Origin: Octopus bimaculoides
Taxonomy: Eukaryota
Assembly (NCBI RefSeq): GCF_001194135.2
Contig: NC_068991.1
Location: forward strand, 47,673,555-47,737,554
DNA length: 64,000 bases
Reading direction: 5' to 3'
Made by a program: the position numbers and the translations under genes. This document shows, in pieces, positions 56,901 through 64,000 of the stretch. The notes under the pieces are model-generated. The model worked only from the letters and a program-made list of their open reading frames with translations, was not told the origin of the DNA and ran no database searches. The number at the start of each line of letters is the position of its first letter. The stretch's first letter is position 1.

Positions 56901-59900
56901 TGCACATACTTGTAAGCACGCACACACACGTCTATATGCACACACAAAAAAAAGGTTAATACACATGCCTATATATGTACATGCACAAGAAAAAATAGGG
57001 CAAAGGGCAAAATACAGAAAAATGTGTAAAAATGTGTAAGAACTCATTTACTTGTTTCAGTCATTTGACTGTGGCCATGCTGGAGCACCGCCTTTAGTCG
57101 AGCAAATCAACCCCAGGACTTATTCTTTGGAAGCCTAGTACTTATTCTATCNNNNNNNNNNCACACATATATATATATATATATACATATATTTACGACA
57201 GGCTTCTTTCAGTTTCCGTTTACCAAATCCACTCACAAGGCTTTGGTCAGCCCGAGGCTATAGCAGAAGACACTTGCCCAAGGTGCCACGCAGTAGGAAT
57301 AAACCCGGAACCATGTGGTTGGTTAGCAAGCTACTTACCACACAGCCACTCCTGCATCACTGTCTATCATTACAACAAACATATGAGTAAATTTGACCTT
57401 AATGTTCAGGGAAGTAACTAAATATCACAAAACAGTTTGCCCAGAGCTCTACGGATTCTGCTCTTTTCCACATTTAAAAGGGTCTCTTCACATTGCCTCC
57501 AATTACACTGTTTTGTCTTAAAAAACAAAGAAAAAAAAAGAACAGGCTTGGTTATATGGTTAAGAAGCCTGGTTTGCAACCATGTGGTGTTGGGTTCAGT
57601 CCTACTATGTAGCACTTTGGGAAAGTGTCCTCAACTATATACTTCTGAAGGAATTTCATAGATGGAAACTGTGTGGAAGCCTGTCATGTGTATGTGTTTC
57701 CCACCACCACTTGACAATCTGTTTTGGCTTGCTTAGATCCCCATAACTAAGTGGTTTGGCAAAAAGAGACTGATAGAAGTACCACACATATAAAAAAGAT
57801 AAGTACTGGAGTCGATTCACCTAACTAAAACCCCAGCATGGCCACAGTCCAATAACTGAAACAAGTAAAAGGTAATAAGATTCTTAACCTTTTTATTTTT
57901 ATTATTTTGAGACGCATTCAAGACCAAGTAAGTTACTCACACATTTTGAATAGAAAGCGAAAAATTACTGGAGCATTTCACATTGGAAACCAAAAGTTAC
58001 TAGTGCATATTGCATTGAAAGTTAAAAAGAAACAAACAAGTTTCAAAGGTAAAATTTTAGAATAGAAAATAGAAAACTCTTGTTTATCTTGTTTTGTTAA
58101 TATATCTATGTTTAATAAAATCACGAATAACATATTTTCCAAAAGGCTTTAGTATTTATATAGACTCCATTAAAGCCTTAAATTAATTTCTTGGTCTTTA
58201 TGTCTTCTTCTTTTTTTTTCTCTGCTGGCATGGAGCAGATAAATATATTATTCAGACATTGTTTTCAGCTGGATGCCACACCTGTCACTAACCTTTGTTT
58301 GTTTCTCAAATAAGAGATATTCTTTTTTGACTTGTCTTCAAAAGTGAAAATCCAAGGGATGACTTGTTAACTGGAGAAATGACATCACCATTTGCAGCAT
58401 AGTGATTTTTGGATAATGTAAATTATCACACACACACACACACACATATGATGGATTTCTTACAGTTTTTGTTAACCTGAAGCTATAGTAGAACACACTT
58501 GTTGCTTAAGGGACTGGAACTAAAATCATGCAGGTGAGAAATGAACTTCTTAACCACATAACCATGCTTGTACCATTGCCAAACCTGTACCACAGCCATG
58601 CTTGTAATCTGGCTGTGCTTGTACCATGGTCATGCTTATACTGCAGCCATGCCTGTGCCACGGCCATGCTTGTGCCACGGCCATGCCTGTGCCATGGCCA
58701 TGCCTGTGCCATGGCCATGCTTGTGCCACGGCCATGCCTGTGCCACGGCCATGCCNNNNNNNNNNNNNNNNNNNNNNNNNNNNNNNNNNNNNNNNNNNNN
58801 NNNNNNNNNNNNNNNNNNNNNNNNNNNNNNNNNNNNNNNNNNNNNNNNNNNNNNNNNNNNNNNNNNNNNNNCTGTGCCACGGCCATGCTTGTGCCACGGC
58901 CATGCCTGTGCCATGGCCATGCCTGTGCCATGGCCATGCTTGTGCCACGGCCATGCCTGTGCCACGGCCATGCCTGTGCTACAGTCTACTTCGTCATCAT
59001 CATTTTACTTTTGTTGTCAATGTTGACATGGGTTAGAGGGGTCTGCTCATATACATAGGTTGAAAAAACTTCATCTTGCATTTCATTTCAGCTTCGTTTC
59101 TATGATCGGAGCCGTTCCTAACACCAATCACTTTACCAAGTCTTCTGGGTACATTTTCAGTGTCACCAGCACATGTGAAGTAAACACATTCTCATCATGA
59201 CTGAAAGAATCTCACAACTCCATATTTCTGCCTACTCATCCACCAATCATATTTTTAGAAATCCATGGTAGCTAAATATCCCTTGCAATACAATAGCATG
59301 ATACAGCACCTGTATGAGAACTACTGGTATAATATGTTGCAAGGGTCCACTAAAAAAACAAAAAACAAATTCAGATAGTCATGGCTGAACTTTCTTTGAT
59401 CGTATATCTGTTGAGTCAGGGCTGACCTGGGGTTAAACAACAACAACAATAACAGAAAAGAACCAACTTACATTTATTTGTGCACTGCTGACAATGAAAG
59501 CAAATTGATGCGATGGATCTTGAGTGGCATTCACCTGACAGTCACCTAAGGGGACGATACCCTGCAATTAAAATGACACAGAGATAAATCAGAAATGTAT
59601 AAGAAATGATCATTACAAAAAGTAACTGGAAACATTTTTTGTGGGACAAACCCATTGTAGTTCAGTCTTCCATCACTAGAAGCCACTTGATGTGATCCTC
59701 AGGCATCAGCCTGCTGACCAGCATCGTCAACTGATGTCGTACAGCCACATAGTATGTCTTTCTTTTGCAGTGTTTCTCTCCCATTTGTTGATTTTTGTGA
59801 TGACTGAAATGCAGGAACTGCATGCTTCTCTGAAATTTTGTTTTCTGCTGGGGAAAATGGTGGCTGAAACAGTTTTTATACTTCAAACAGCTTACAAAGT

Positions 59901-60493
59901 CTCAACCATGAGCGAAACACAAGTTTACGAGTTGTTTCCATGCTTTAGGAATGGTCACTTGTCACTTGAAAACCAACCTTGTTCAGGACGACCGTCAATC
60001 TCCTGAATGAATGAAAATATCATAAAAATTTATGAACTGATCTTGGATGACTCACTGAACAATTGAAAAACTTGTTGATATGACTGGTGTGTCCTGGAGC
60101 TCCCGCCAACGAATTTTGAGTGAGAGATTGCGAATGAATAGAGTTGCAGCAAAAGTTGTGCCTCACTTGCTCATGGAAGATCAAAAGTAGTTACAATTGA
60201 ATGTGTGTATTGAACTGAAAGAACAGTTGGAAGTTGACCTGAAACTTTTTTCAAAGGTGATCACTAGTGACAAAAGCTGGTGCTATGTGGAAGAGGTGAA
60301 GAAAAAAATGATGGATGCATTAAAAGGCATCACTTTGCATGAGTTCCAGGACTGCTTCGAACTGTGAAAAATATGTCTGAACCGATGCATTGCTTCAAAT
60401 GGCAAATACTTTGAAGGTGATAAAAATGTAAACATGTAAAACTAAGTGAATAAAATAATATTGCAAAATTCCGGTTTCTTTTGGGTACCCCCT

Positions 60494-60535
<42 letters not shown>

Positions 60536-61418
60536 GGACTTCCTTCAGTTTCTCTCTACCAAATCATCTTACAAGGTTTTGATTGACATAAGACTATAGT
60601 AGAAAACACTTGCTCAAGATGCTGTGCAATGGAAATGAACCTGAAACCACATAGTTAGGAAGTGACCATCTTAACCACACAGCCATGCCTGGGCAAATAC
60701 TAAAGAAAATTATTTTTTAGTTTTTAAGGTATTAAGTACAGAGGACAACTGTACTCAACATATCATGTTTGGTAAAATAACAGTCTAAAGAAAAATATTT
60801 TAAAATACCGAATTGCAACAGAAATACCTTTATACATACAATAAACAATAAACAAAACAACAATGACTTCTTTCTGATTATAATGACTATAATAGTTTGT
60901 AATGTAAAATATATTCAAATATTGCCCAAATATTTATAGAAATCTTTCCTTTTGTTTCGCTTGGACAAATATTTGTTCTGATTTTCTAACAGTGTGTGAT
61001 GGAGTGCATACTTAATATAGTTTTATATGTCACAATTACTGTATTACTATTGTATTGTTTGGCATATGTTACTGTAATTGTCATTGTTGTTTAACTCCAG
61101 ATCAGTTCTAATCCAGCAAATCTATATTCAAAAGGTCTTCCACCCAAAACCATCCCATTTAAAAAAAAATTAGGTATAAATGTTGGGGTGAGTATACAAC
61201 TGAATAGAAAATAGAATTGCTTTGCAGTAATTATGTAATTAAATTTAATTAGTAATTAATGAAAGTAGCTTATCTTTTGTATGGCAGGTTGCTGAAAGAA
61301 AACCATCTTGGAAGGAATCATTACCTTTGGATGTATGTTTAGGTGTTGTCGCTTATCAATCTCTTTCTTTTCATTCTCTGGATAATATAGCAAGTAACCA
61401 TCTTTTAGGATAAAAAAT
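21295..61418 (-). CDS. PLEKHD1: PLEKHD1-like gene (PH domain + coiled coil), 13 coding exons in window, 5' end outside window
   Basis: join(61418-61325, 59561-59472, 54246-54170, 48584-48493, 47760-47708, 46179-46085, 43033-42940, 35663-35482, 31965-31875, 30864-30823, 29460-29310, 25275-25138, 21410-21295) = 1315 nt, read by hand, open frame, all GT-AG, phases match at all 12 junctions. Peptide [54 protein letters not shown] matches vertebrate PLEKHD1 as recalled ([54 protein letters not shown]). Orthology not tested by search. Confidence 0.9.
23523..24662 (+). mobile_element. Mariner-derived element with long inverted ends and nested SINE
   Basis: ends tatgaggtctgatcaataagtatccggact / agtccggattcttattgatcagaccacgta; HTH remnant RVYEWVRHFQDGQKNVNIDECSGRPATSRTEKNI; family-A SINE at 24086-24484. 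Confidence 0.85.
25138..25275 (-). CDS. PLEKHD1: PLEKHD1-like exon (TFFEDLAAESKIDANKPVVIKNMVHARKTLTRKANTLKFEKRRRSC)
   Basis: 138 nt; acceptor cccttttgcAG, donor GTAAGT; phase 1 to 1; resembles conserved FFEE..K.P..MKN.V..RRRS block. Confidence 0.9.
25425..27730 (+). mobile_element. 5'-truncated, degenerate R4/Dong-type (RLE-class) non-LTR retrotransposon
   Basis: YYHLESNNLLPAEQKGC..TKNQFL; MLHSWI..LGMVNIRHG; INSRAVPVIRYGNGIMDWTK..LDIKTRKLL..HHLKADI; IIAAQDQ; RHDQTVKVLHWKLC; KPDI; many stops/frameshifts; TAA-rich 3' end. Confidence 0.8.
25629..25915 (+). mobile_element. tRNA-derived SINE (family B) nested in the R4-type RT
   Basis: head gtggaggcgcaatggcccagtggttagggcag; TSD atgatgttgcaca on both sides, splitting the RT at YD/MLHSWI. 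Confidence 0.85.
29310..29460 (-). CDS. PLEKHD1: PLEKHD1-like exon (EEILARIDAERRLRKAEKSLQYLDQAVTAETVNIEEGIREGMIVNVGMLK)
   Basis: 151 nt; acceptor tttatttcAG, weak donor A/GTATAG; phase 0 to 1. Confidence 0.88.
29922..30609. mobile_element. hAT-type MITE with nested family-A SINE
   Basis: TIR cagtgtttctcaacc / ggttgagaaccactg; 8-bp TSD gttttgat / gtttagat (7/8). Confidence 0.8.
30823..30864 (-). CDS. PLEKHD1: PLEKHD1-like 42-nt mini-exon (DLNAQKELTESELR)
   Basis: acceptor gtctttatcAG, donor AGG/GTAAGT; phase 0 to 0; fills the segment recalled as ELTAEKQQAERELK in vertebrates. Confidence 0.85.
31290..31520. repeat. Degenerate ~34-36-bp minisatellite (caagtcatcagtcagtcctattacaggtgactaa)
   Basis: ~7 diverged tandem units. 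Confidence 0.75.
31875..31965 (-). CDS. PLEKHD1: PLEKHD1-like exon (LSENDERTSQLKAEKEYFSDQAHSMQATIL)
   Basis: 91 nt; acceptor tatttcAG, donor GTAAGG; phase 2 to 0. Confidence 0.9.
32908..33319. mobile_element. hAT-type MITE with nested family-B SINE (32952-33212, minus)
   Basis: ends cagtcatgggtaaact / aggttgcccatgcctg; SINE flanked by 12-bp TSD tctgaatgacat. Confidence 0.7.
33592..34150. mobile_element. Foldback/MULE-like MITE, long TIRs, 8-bp TSD
   Basis: termini GGATCTTTCTGATTTG (16-bp perfect IR), degenerate pairing ~170 bp inward; flanks aatgtttt at 33584-33591 and 34151-34158. Confidence 0.85.
35482..35663 (-). CDS. PLEKHD1: PLEKHD1-like exon (ILASEREKILTALKEKEGETETLSKKNETLAQTTANLRHTLGTIELKTKELLYEKAEAEKQ)
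   Basis: 182 nt; acceptor ttttcAG, donor GTAAGA; phase 0 to 2. Confidence 0.9.
35960..36330 (+). mobile_element. pogo/Tigger-like transposase C-terminal remnant
   Basis: QDPNFEQSAKVSTTITNASAC / EIYREQKK / KQTTLGLFF across frameshifts resembles the DP..ERS.KV..CY.EIY.EKK..KQT.L..FF tail of Tigger/pogo proteins. Confidence 0.6.
36902..37228. mobile_element. hAT-type MITE, same family as 29922-30609, opposite orientation
   Basis: ends gagtagttctgaacagggg / ggttgagaaatacta; TSD gtctaggg / gtctagga. Confidence 0.7.
39695..40810 (+). mobile_element. RTE-clade LINE 3' fragment with PHD-like finger and 3' UTR
   Basis: ESKGLRVNLAKTKV; LEVVDSFCYLGD..AARIRIGWAK..LYDTCV; RRLCWYGHVMHM..GRLRKMW; broken by stops/frameshifts. 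Confidence 0.9.
41180..41460 (+). mobile_element. RTE-clade LINE C-terminal fragment
   Basis: QRWLKFAGHCRRSKQEVIHKLLLQEPTHERHSRGRPAET, typical RTE C-terminus. Confidence 0.8.
41600..41830. repeat. Two-copy diverged ~115-bp tandem duplication
   Basis: tatgaagcttg.tgtact...ctgac.tgctaa.ttataatttc...ataaagttggta...caacttttattg occurs twice in tandem. Confidence 0.75.
42940..43033 (-). CDS. PLEKHD1: PLEKHD1-like exon (ELMETSTAMAELETNSSELIGTLEQQKSELQ)
   Basis: 94 nt; acceptor ccaacAG, donor CAG/GTAAGG; phase 2 to 0; coiled-coil composition. Confidence 0.85.
46085..46179 (-). CDS. PLEKHD1: PLEKHD1-like exon (ELERLNEELAKEKSRMEQLLKDMEDDYQCVKE)
   Basis: 95 nt; acceptor tttttctaaAG, donor GTAAGA; phase 0 to 2; ELERLN motif. 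Confidence 0.9.
46261..46640 (-). mobile_element. Full-length family-B SINE with tail Y
   Basis: head rc gtggaggcgcaatggcccagtgg at ~46639; TSD agtatgagatt; related copies 51081-51390 (-) and 53250-53530 (+). Confidence 0.85.
46890..47458 (+). mobile_element. Internally deleted mariner element
   Basis: TIR ggtctaatcaaaaagtatcagaactg / cagtcctgatactttctgatcagacc; LKGTTFQDVEEIQENVTRQLRTIPKKELEECF..WIKCVASE. Confidence 0.85.
47708..47760 (-). CDS. PLEKHD1: PLEKHD1-like exon (DRLQNEVIALSDTKQRAD)
   Basis: 53 nt; acceptor tctcttgcAG, donor GTAAGT; phase 1 to 0. Confidence 0.9.
48493..48584 (-). CDS. PLEKHD1: PLEKHD1-like exon ([30 protein letters not shown])
   Basis: 92 nt; acceptor ctctttccAG, donor GTAAGT; phase 2 to 1. 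Confidence 0.92.
48950..49365 (-). mobile_element. RTE-clade LINE 3' fragment
   Basis: IQSFINRCLRSILKIRWPEHISNMELW..KWIGNTIRK..ALQWNPDGYRKRGRPKNSWRR. Confidence 0.88.
49604..49823. mobile_element. piggyBac-like MITE
   Basis: TTAA|ccctttagaattc ... gaatactaaagtg|TTAA; degenerate relative at ~43810-44020. Confidence 0.65.
52490..52700 (+). mobile_element. Short repeat carrying hammerhead-like motif (Penelope pLTR-like), abutting (TA)n
   Basis: cttt-CTGTGAAA-GAGC-gtag-GCTT-GAAATGTT-aaag at 52577-52612; classification is inference. Confidence 0.45.
52760..53185 (+). mobile_element. LINE (RTE-like) 3' fragment with three C2H2-like fingers, embedded in (TA)n
   Basis: *TVCDRPCLSFAGLKSHLMTH; CRVCKSNGGLKRHFKIH; CNLCGCLFNTLSSLKSHIRRH. 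Confidence 0.65.
54170..54246 (-). CDS. PLEKHD1: PLEKHD1-like exon, PH C-terminal helix ([26 protein letters not shown])
   Basis: 77 nt; acceptor ttctctccAG, donor GTAAGT; phase 0 to 2; invariant PH-helix Trp. Confidence 0.93.
54860..56000 (+). mobile_element. Penelope-like element remnant (RT thumb to GIY-YIG), interrupted by SINE 55064-55290
   Basis: ANLLDLIVHI; FNDIAKY..LRNTGFK; YNPSFDLDMNTNIAETLL; SKIFNKNRIKASCS; LDGDCLASSIVYC; YDKHKYTFNAK..LFKYVWDLK resemble Penelope motifs FNPPF..TNIG, KIFN.N..K.SYS, PL.G.CL..S.IY, LSKY.W.LK. Confidence 0.75.
56735..57040. repeat. Diverged ~210-bp direct duplication in (CA/TA)-rich tract
   Basis: aaaaaaggtt.atacaca..catgcacaagaaaaaa.aggg..aaggcaaaatac..aaaatgtgtaaaaa.gtgtaa at ~56735 and ~56945. 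Confidence 0.75.
58560..58980. repeat. GC-rich 17-bp minisatellite (ccatgcctgtgccacgg)n spanning a gap
   Basis: tandem units on both sides of gap 58756-58871. Confidence 0.85.
59472..59561 (-). CDS. PLEKHD1: PLEKHD1-like exon ([30 protein letters not shown])
   Basis: 90 nt; acceptor ttgcAG, donor GTAAGT; phase 0 to 0; GIVPL PH motif. Confidence 0.93.
59612..60497 (+). mobile_element. Deleted mariner element (left TIR eroded)
   Basis: MTEMQELHASLKFCFLLGK..SETQVYELF..FRNGHLSLENQPCSGRPS; right TIR ccggtttcttttgggtaccccctcata. Confidence 0.8.
61325..61418 (-). CDS. PLEKHD1: PLEKHD1-like exon, PH domain N-part ([31 protein letters not shown])
   Basis: 94 nt; acceptor ttttcAG, donor AAG/GTAATG; phase 2 to 0. 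Confidence 0.93.
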
Positions 61419-63946
61419 CTGAAAATTAAAAAAAAAAGTATATCGTCAATAATGAACAATTAATGGAAAAACATGTTTGTTTGAAGAATAAGATTTGGAA
61501 TAACATGATTTCACAATTTATCAGTTAGAAGCAAAGCTAAAAATATCTCAGCCAAATGAAATAATGATTAGGAGAGCTAGTTTTTAATTACAAAATCCAA
61601 AGAATTATTGTCTGGAAATTTCAGAATAATTCAAGTAATATGATGTGATTTATTGATTCTGTTTGGGTTTGTTAGGCATTTTTTTTTTTTTGTTTGAAAA
61701 TGTACATAAACAAAAATAAAAGAAATTTAAGCATGAAAGTGTATGTGTGTGTGTTTGAGTACATACATATGTAAAAGAATTGTAATAAAAACATTATGAA
61801 CTGATATGTGCATTTGTATATGTATGTACAAACATACGTGTATATACCCACACATATATAAAAAAAATTGTACTTAGGATATTATAAACTGAGGACAGAA
61901 CAAATGAGAATAAGAAAAGTATAAGACAAAATTAGATGAGGATTTGGTGATCTTAACTAAGGAAACTAGAATCACAAAATCAGAGAACATGTAAAGAAGC
62001 ATCAATAAAGAGGGCTTTCCTATTTTTACATTCACAAGTCAACATTCAACCATAAACTCAAAATCTCGATACACATATCATCATCATTGCTATTTCTTTT
62101 TATGTTGCCAAATGCTAACAACTGAATGATAACACTGACAACTGTTGAATGTTATCCATTGAAGGCTAACATTAGCAACAACTATTGAAGGCTGATATCA
62201 ACAACTTTTCAAAGCCAAATTAACCCACTGAAAATGTTCTAATCCTGTAAGGATTCTATTTATAAAAGAAAAATGGATCATAAGAGAGATGTAAGTTTTT
62301 TTCTCTTATATTAGAAAGTTTCTCACTTCCTTCAAAATGAATTTAAACAGAGTTAGTATGATTTTTCCAGGAGCATTTAGAATCAGTGAAGTGTATATAT
62401 GTGTGTTTATGTGTACAATAAAAAGCAAAAATTGTGTCAAGAATTTGGAGTCCAGTTTTACTCTATAAGCATTCAACTTAGAATAAAACCAAAAAAGCAT
62501 AAATTTCATATATAGTACATATTTTGTGTTCAACAGCTGTTTCATTAAGATAAATATCATTAGATGTATAATTATGTAATTGTGATATATAATTAATTTA
62601 AATTGAATTAATATAAAATAAATCAATTTAAAAACTATGTTTACCCAAATAATCATGTAAATGAAGTATTATGTTAATCAGGAAACTGTTTTTGGTTTAA
62701 ATACATCAATTCTCTATAGCATCCATAAATATTGCAGATCAAATCTTATATAAAAAAATTGGCCAGACTGGATAATATAGTCCTAGATACACTATGGCTG
62801 AATAAAAGATGGAAATATTATGAATGAAATAACTTCATAGGTCTCCTTGATCATGTTGATATCAGGTTAAACTACAACAATATGGAGGCATTGATCTATT
62901 CTTCAGTAACCCATAGTAAGATTAGAACCAAGTTCTACTGGCTAAGAGAATATGTGATAAGAGAAGAAAATACAGAACCTCAAGAAACTAGTGTTGGTTT
63001 GCATTGGTAACAGAAAGTCCACAAGAGAGTTTGTAGAAGAATCTGAGGAGTTGAATTACCATAATAAGGGAGGAATTTAATGTGTAAAAAAAATTTTTGC
63101 CTCTCATCTGAAAATGAGAGAGAGAGTGAAACTACTACTGTCATTTTGGTTGTAAGCTAGGAAAAGAGTTATCAAACTAGTTTGCAGCTACAACATTTTC
63201 TCAAACTTCCCTATTTTCAGATGAAAGACTATCAGAAATCCAAACAATTTAATTTCTATTCCTCACAACAATTCAACTTATTGAACTATTTTTAGAAATC
63301 CTCCAATCACAATAACAGTTCTGTATGAAGTTTGGAACAGATCTAGTTTACCTGTCACAATTGATATATGTTTAGATCAGTCTTTATTTCTTTGACTATG
63401 GATTTCTAAAAATGCCGTCTCTGATTATACTTGGCAATGTCTTTAGACAAACTGATTAGTTAATTCTAAAAGAAATCTGTAGAAAGTAGTCACTATTTAG
63501 GAATGGTTTGTTAAGTTTTTTTTTTTTATGTTTCATGCTGTATTTTTCCTTACCAAGAATGGATTATTACTCTCAAGTATATTATTATCATTCATTCTGT
63601 GGTACATGTTATTATTCATGCCAATCATTCTTTTATGGTAATTTTTCATATACACAACCTGTTCTTTATATAATCATACAATCAATTGCATATCCAAATT
63701 ACAGACTTTCTGTTTCAGAGCTAGAAAATTCTTCAGTTTTAACACAACTGTTAATACAAAATAGAGAGAGAGAAAGAAAAAAAAAATCACGGATGCCAAC
63801 CAGGTTTGCTAACTTCAAAACAGGCAGGACATATTGACTAATGCAGGACCTAGATAGACAAAAAGATGGGATCAACAAAACTGGAGCATCTTTGATCATA
63901 GGCCTGCTTGATCACAGCTGATCTGGGACTAAATAACAACATGGTA

Positions 63947-64000
<54 letters not shown>

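Noticed and set aside
4451-58980. Near-exact duplications on both sides of N-gaps (4451/4811, 9064/9165, ~32350/32583, ~53530/53888, 58640/58872)
   Set aside because: Identity ending right at gap edges is typical of unmerged overlapping contig ends; treated as assembly artefacts pending long reads.
58560-58980. Regular short repeats as a CRISPR-like array
   Set aside because: Contiguous tandem units with no unique spacers, eukaryotic context, no cas genes.
61419-64000. Search for the first PLEKHD1 coding exon
   Set aside because: Candidate donor AG/GTAAAC near 63350 has an in-frame stop upstream; no KRPF/KWS.R-like peptide found, so exon 1 is presumed outside the window.

Overview
AT-rich, repeat-dense animal genomic DNA with nine N-gaps. 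The SINE and microsatellite landscape suggests an octopus/coleoid cephalopod assembly (inference). The one recognisable host gene is a minus-strand PLEKHD1-like gene (PH domain plus long coiled coil). I reconstructed 13 coding exons by hand (61418 down to stop at 21295; 1315 nt; all GT-AG; all phases consistent; ~437 aa). Its first coding exon appears to lie beyond the right edge. Most ORF-track entries are microsatellite, gap or transposon artefacts. The introns and the gene-free left ~21 kb contain several tRNA-derived SINE families, RTE and R4/Dong-type LINE fragments, a Penelope-like remnant, four mariner derivatives, a pogo-like remnant and hAT, piggyBac-like and foldback MITEs. Most notable observations: an inverted repeat pair bracketing one exon, a foldback MITE carrying telomere-like repeats, a degenerate Penelope-type hammerhead motif, modular SINE shuffling, a locally templated insertion, and a minisatellite derived from a SINE 5' end. 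No prokaryotic-type system (e.g. CRISPR) is present.
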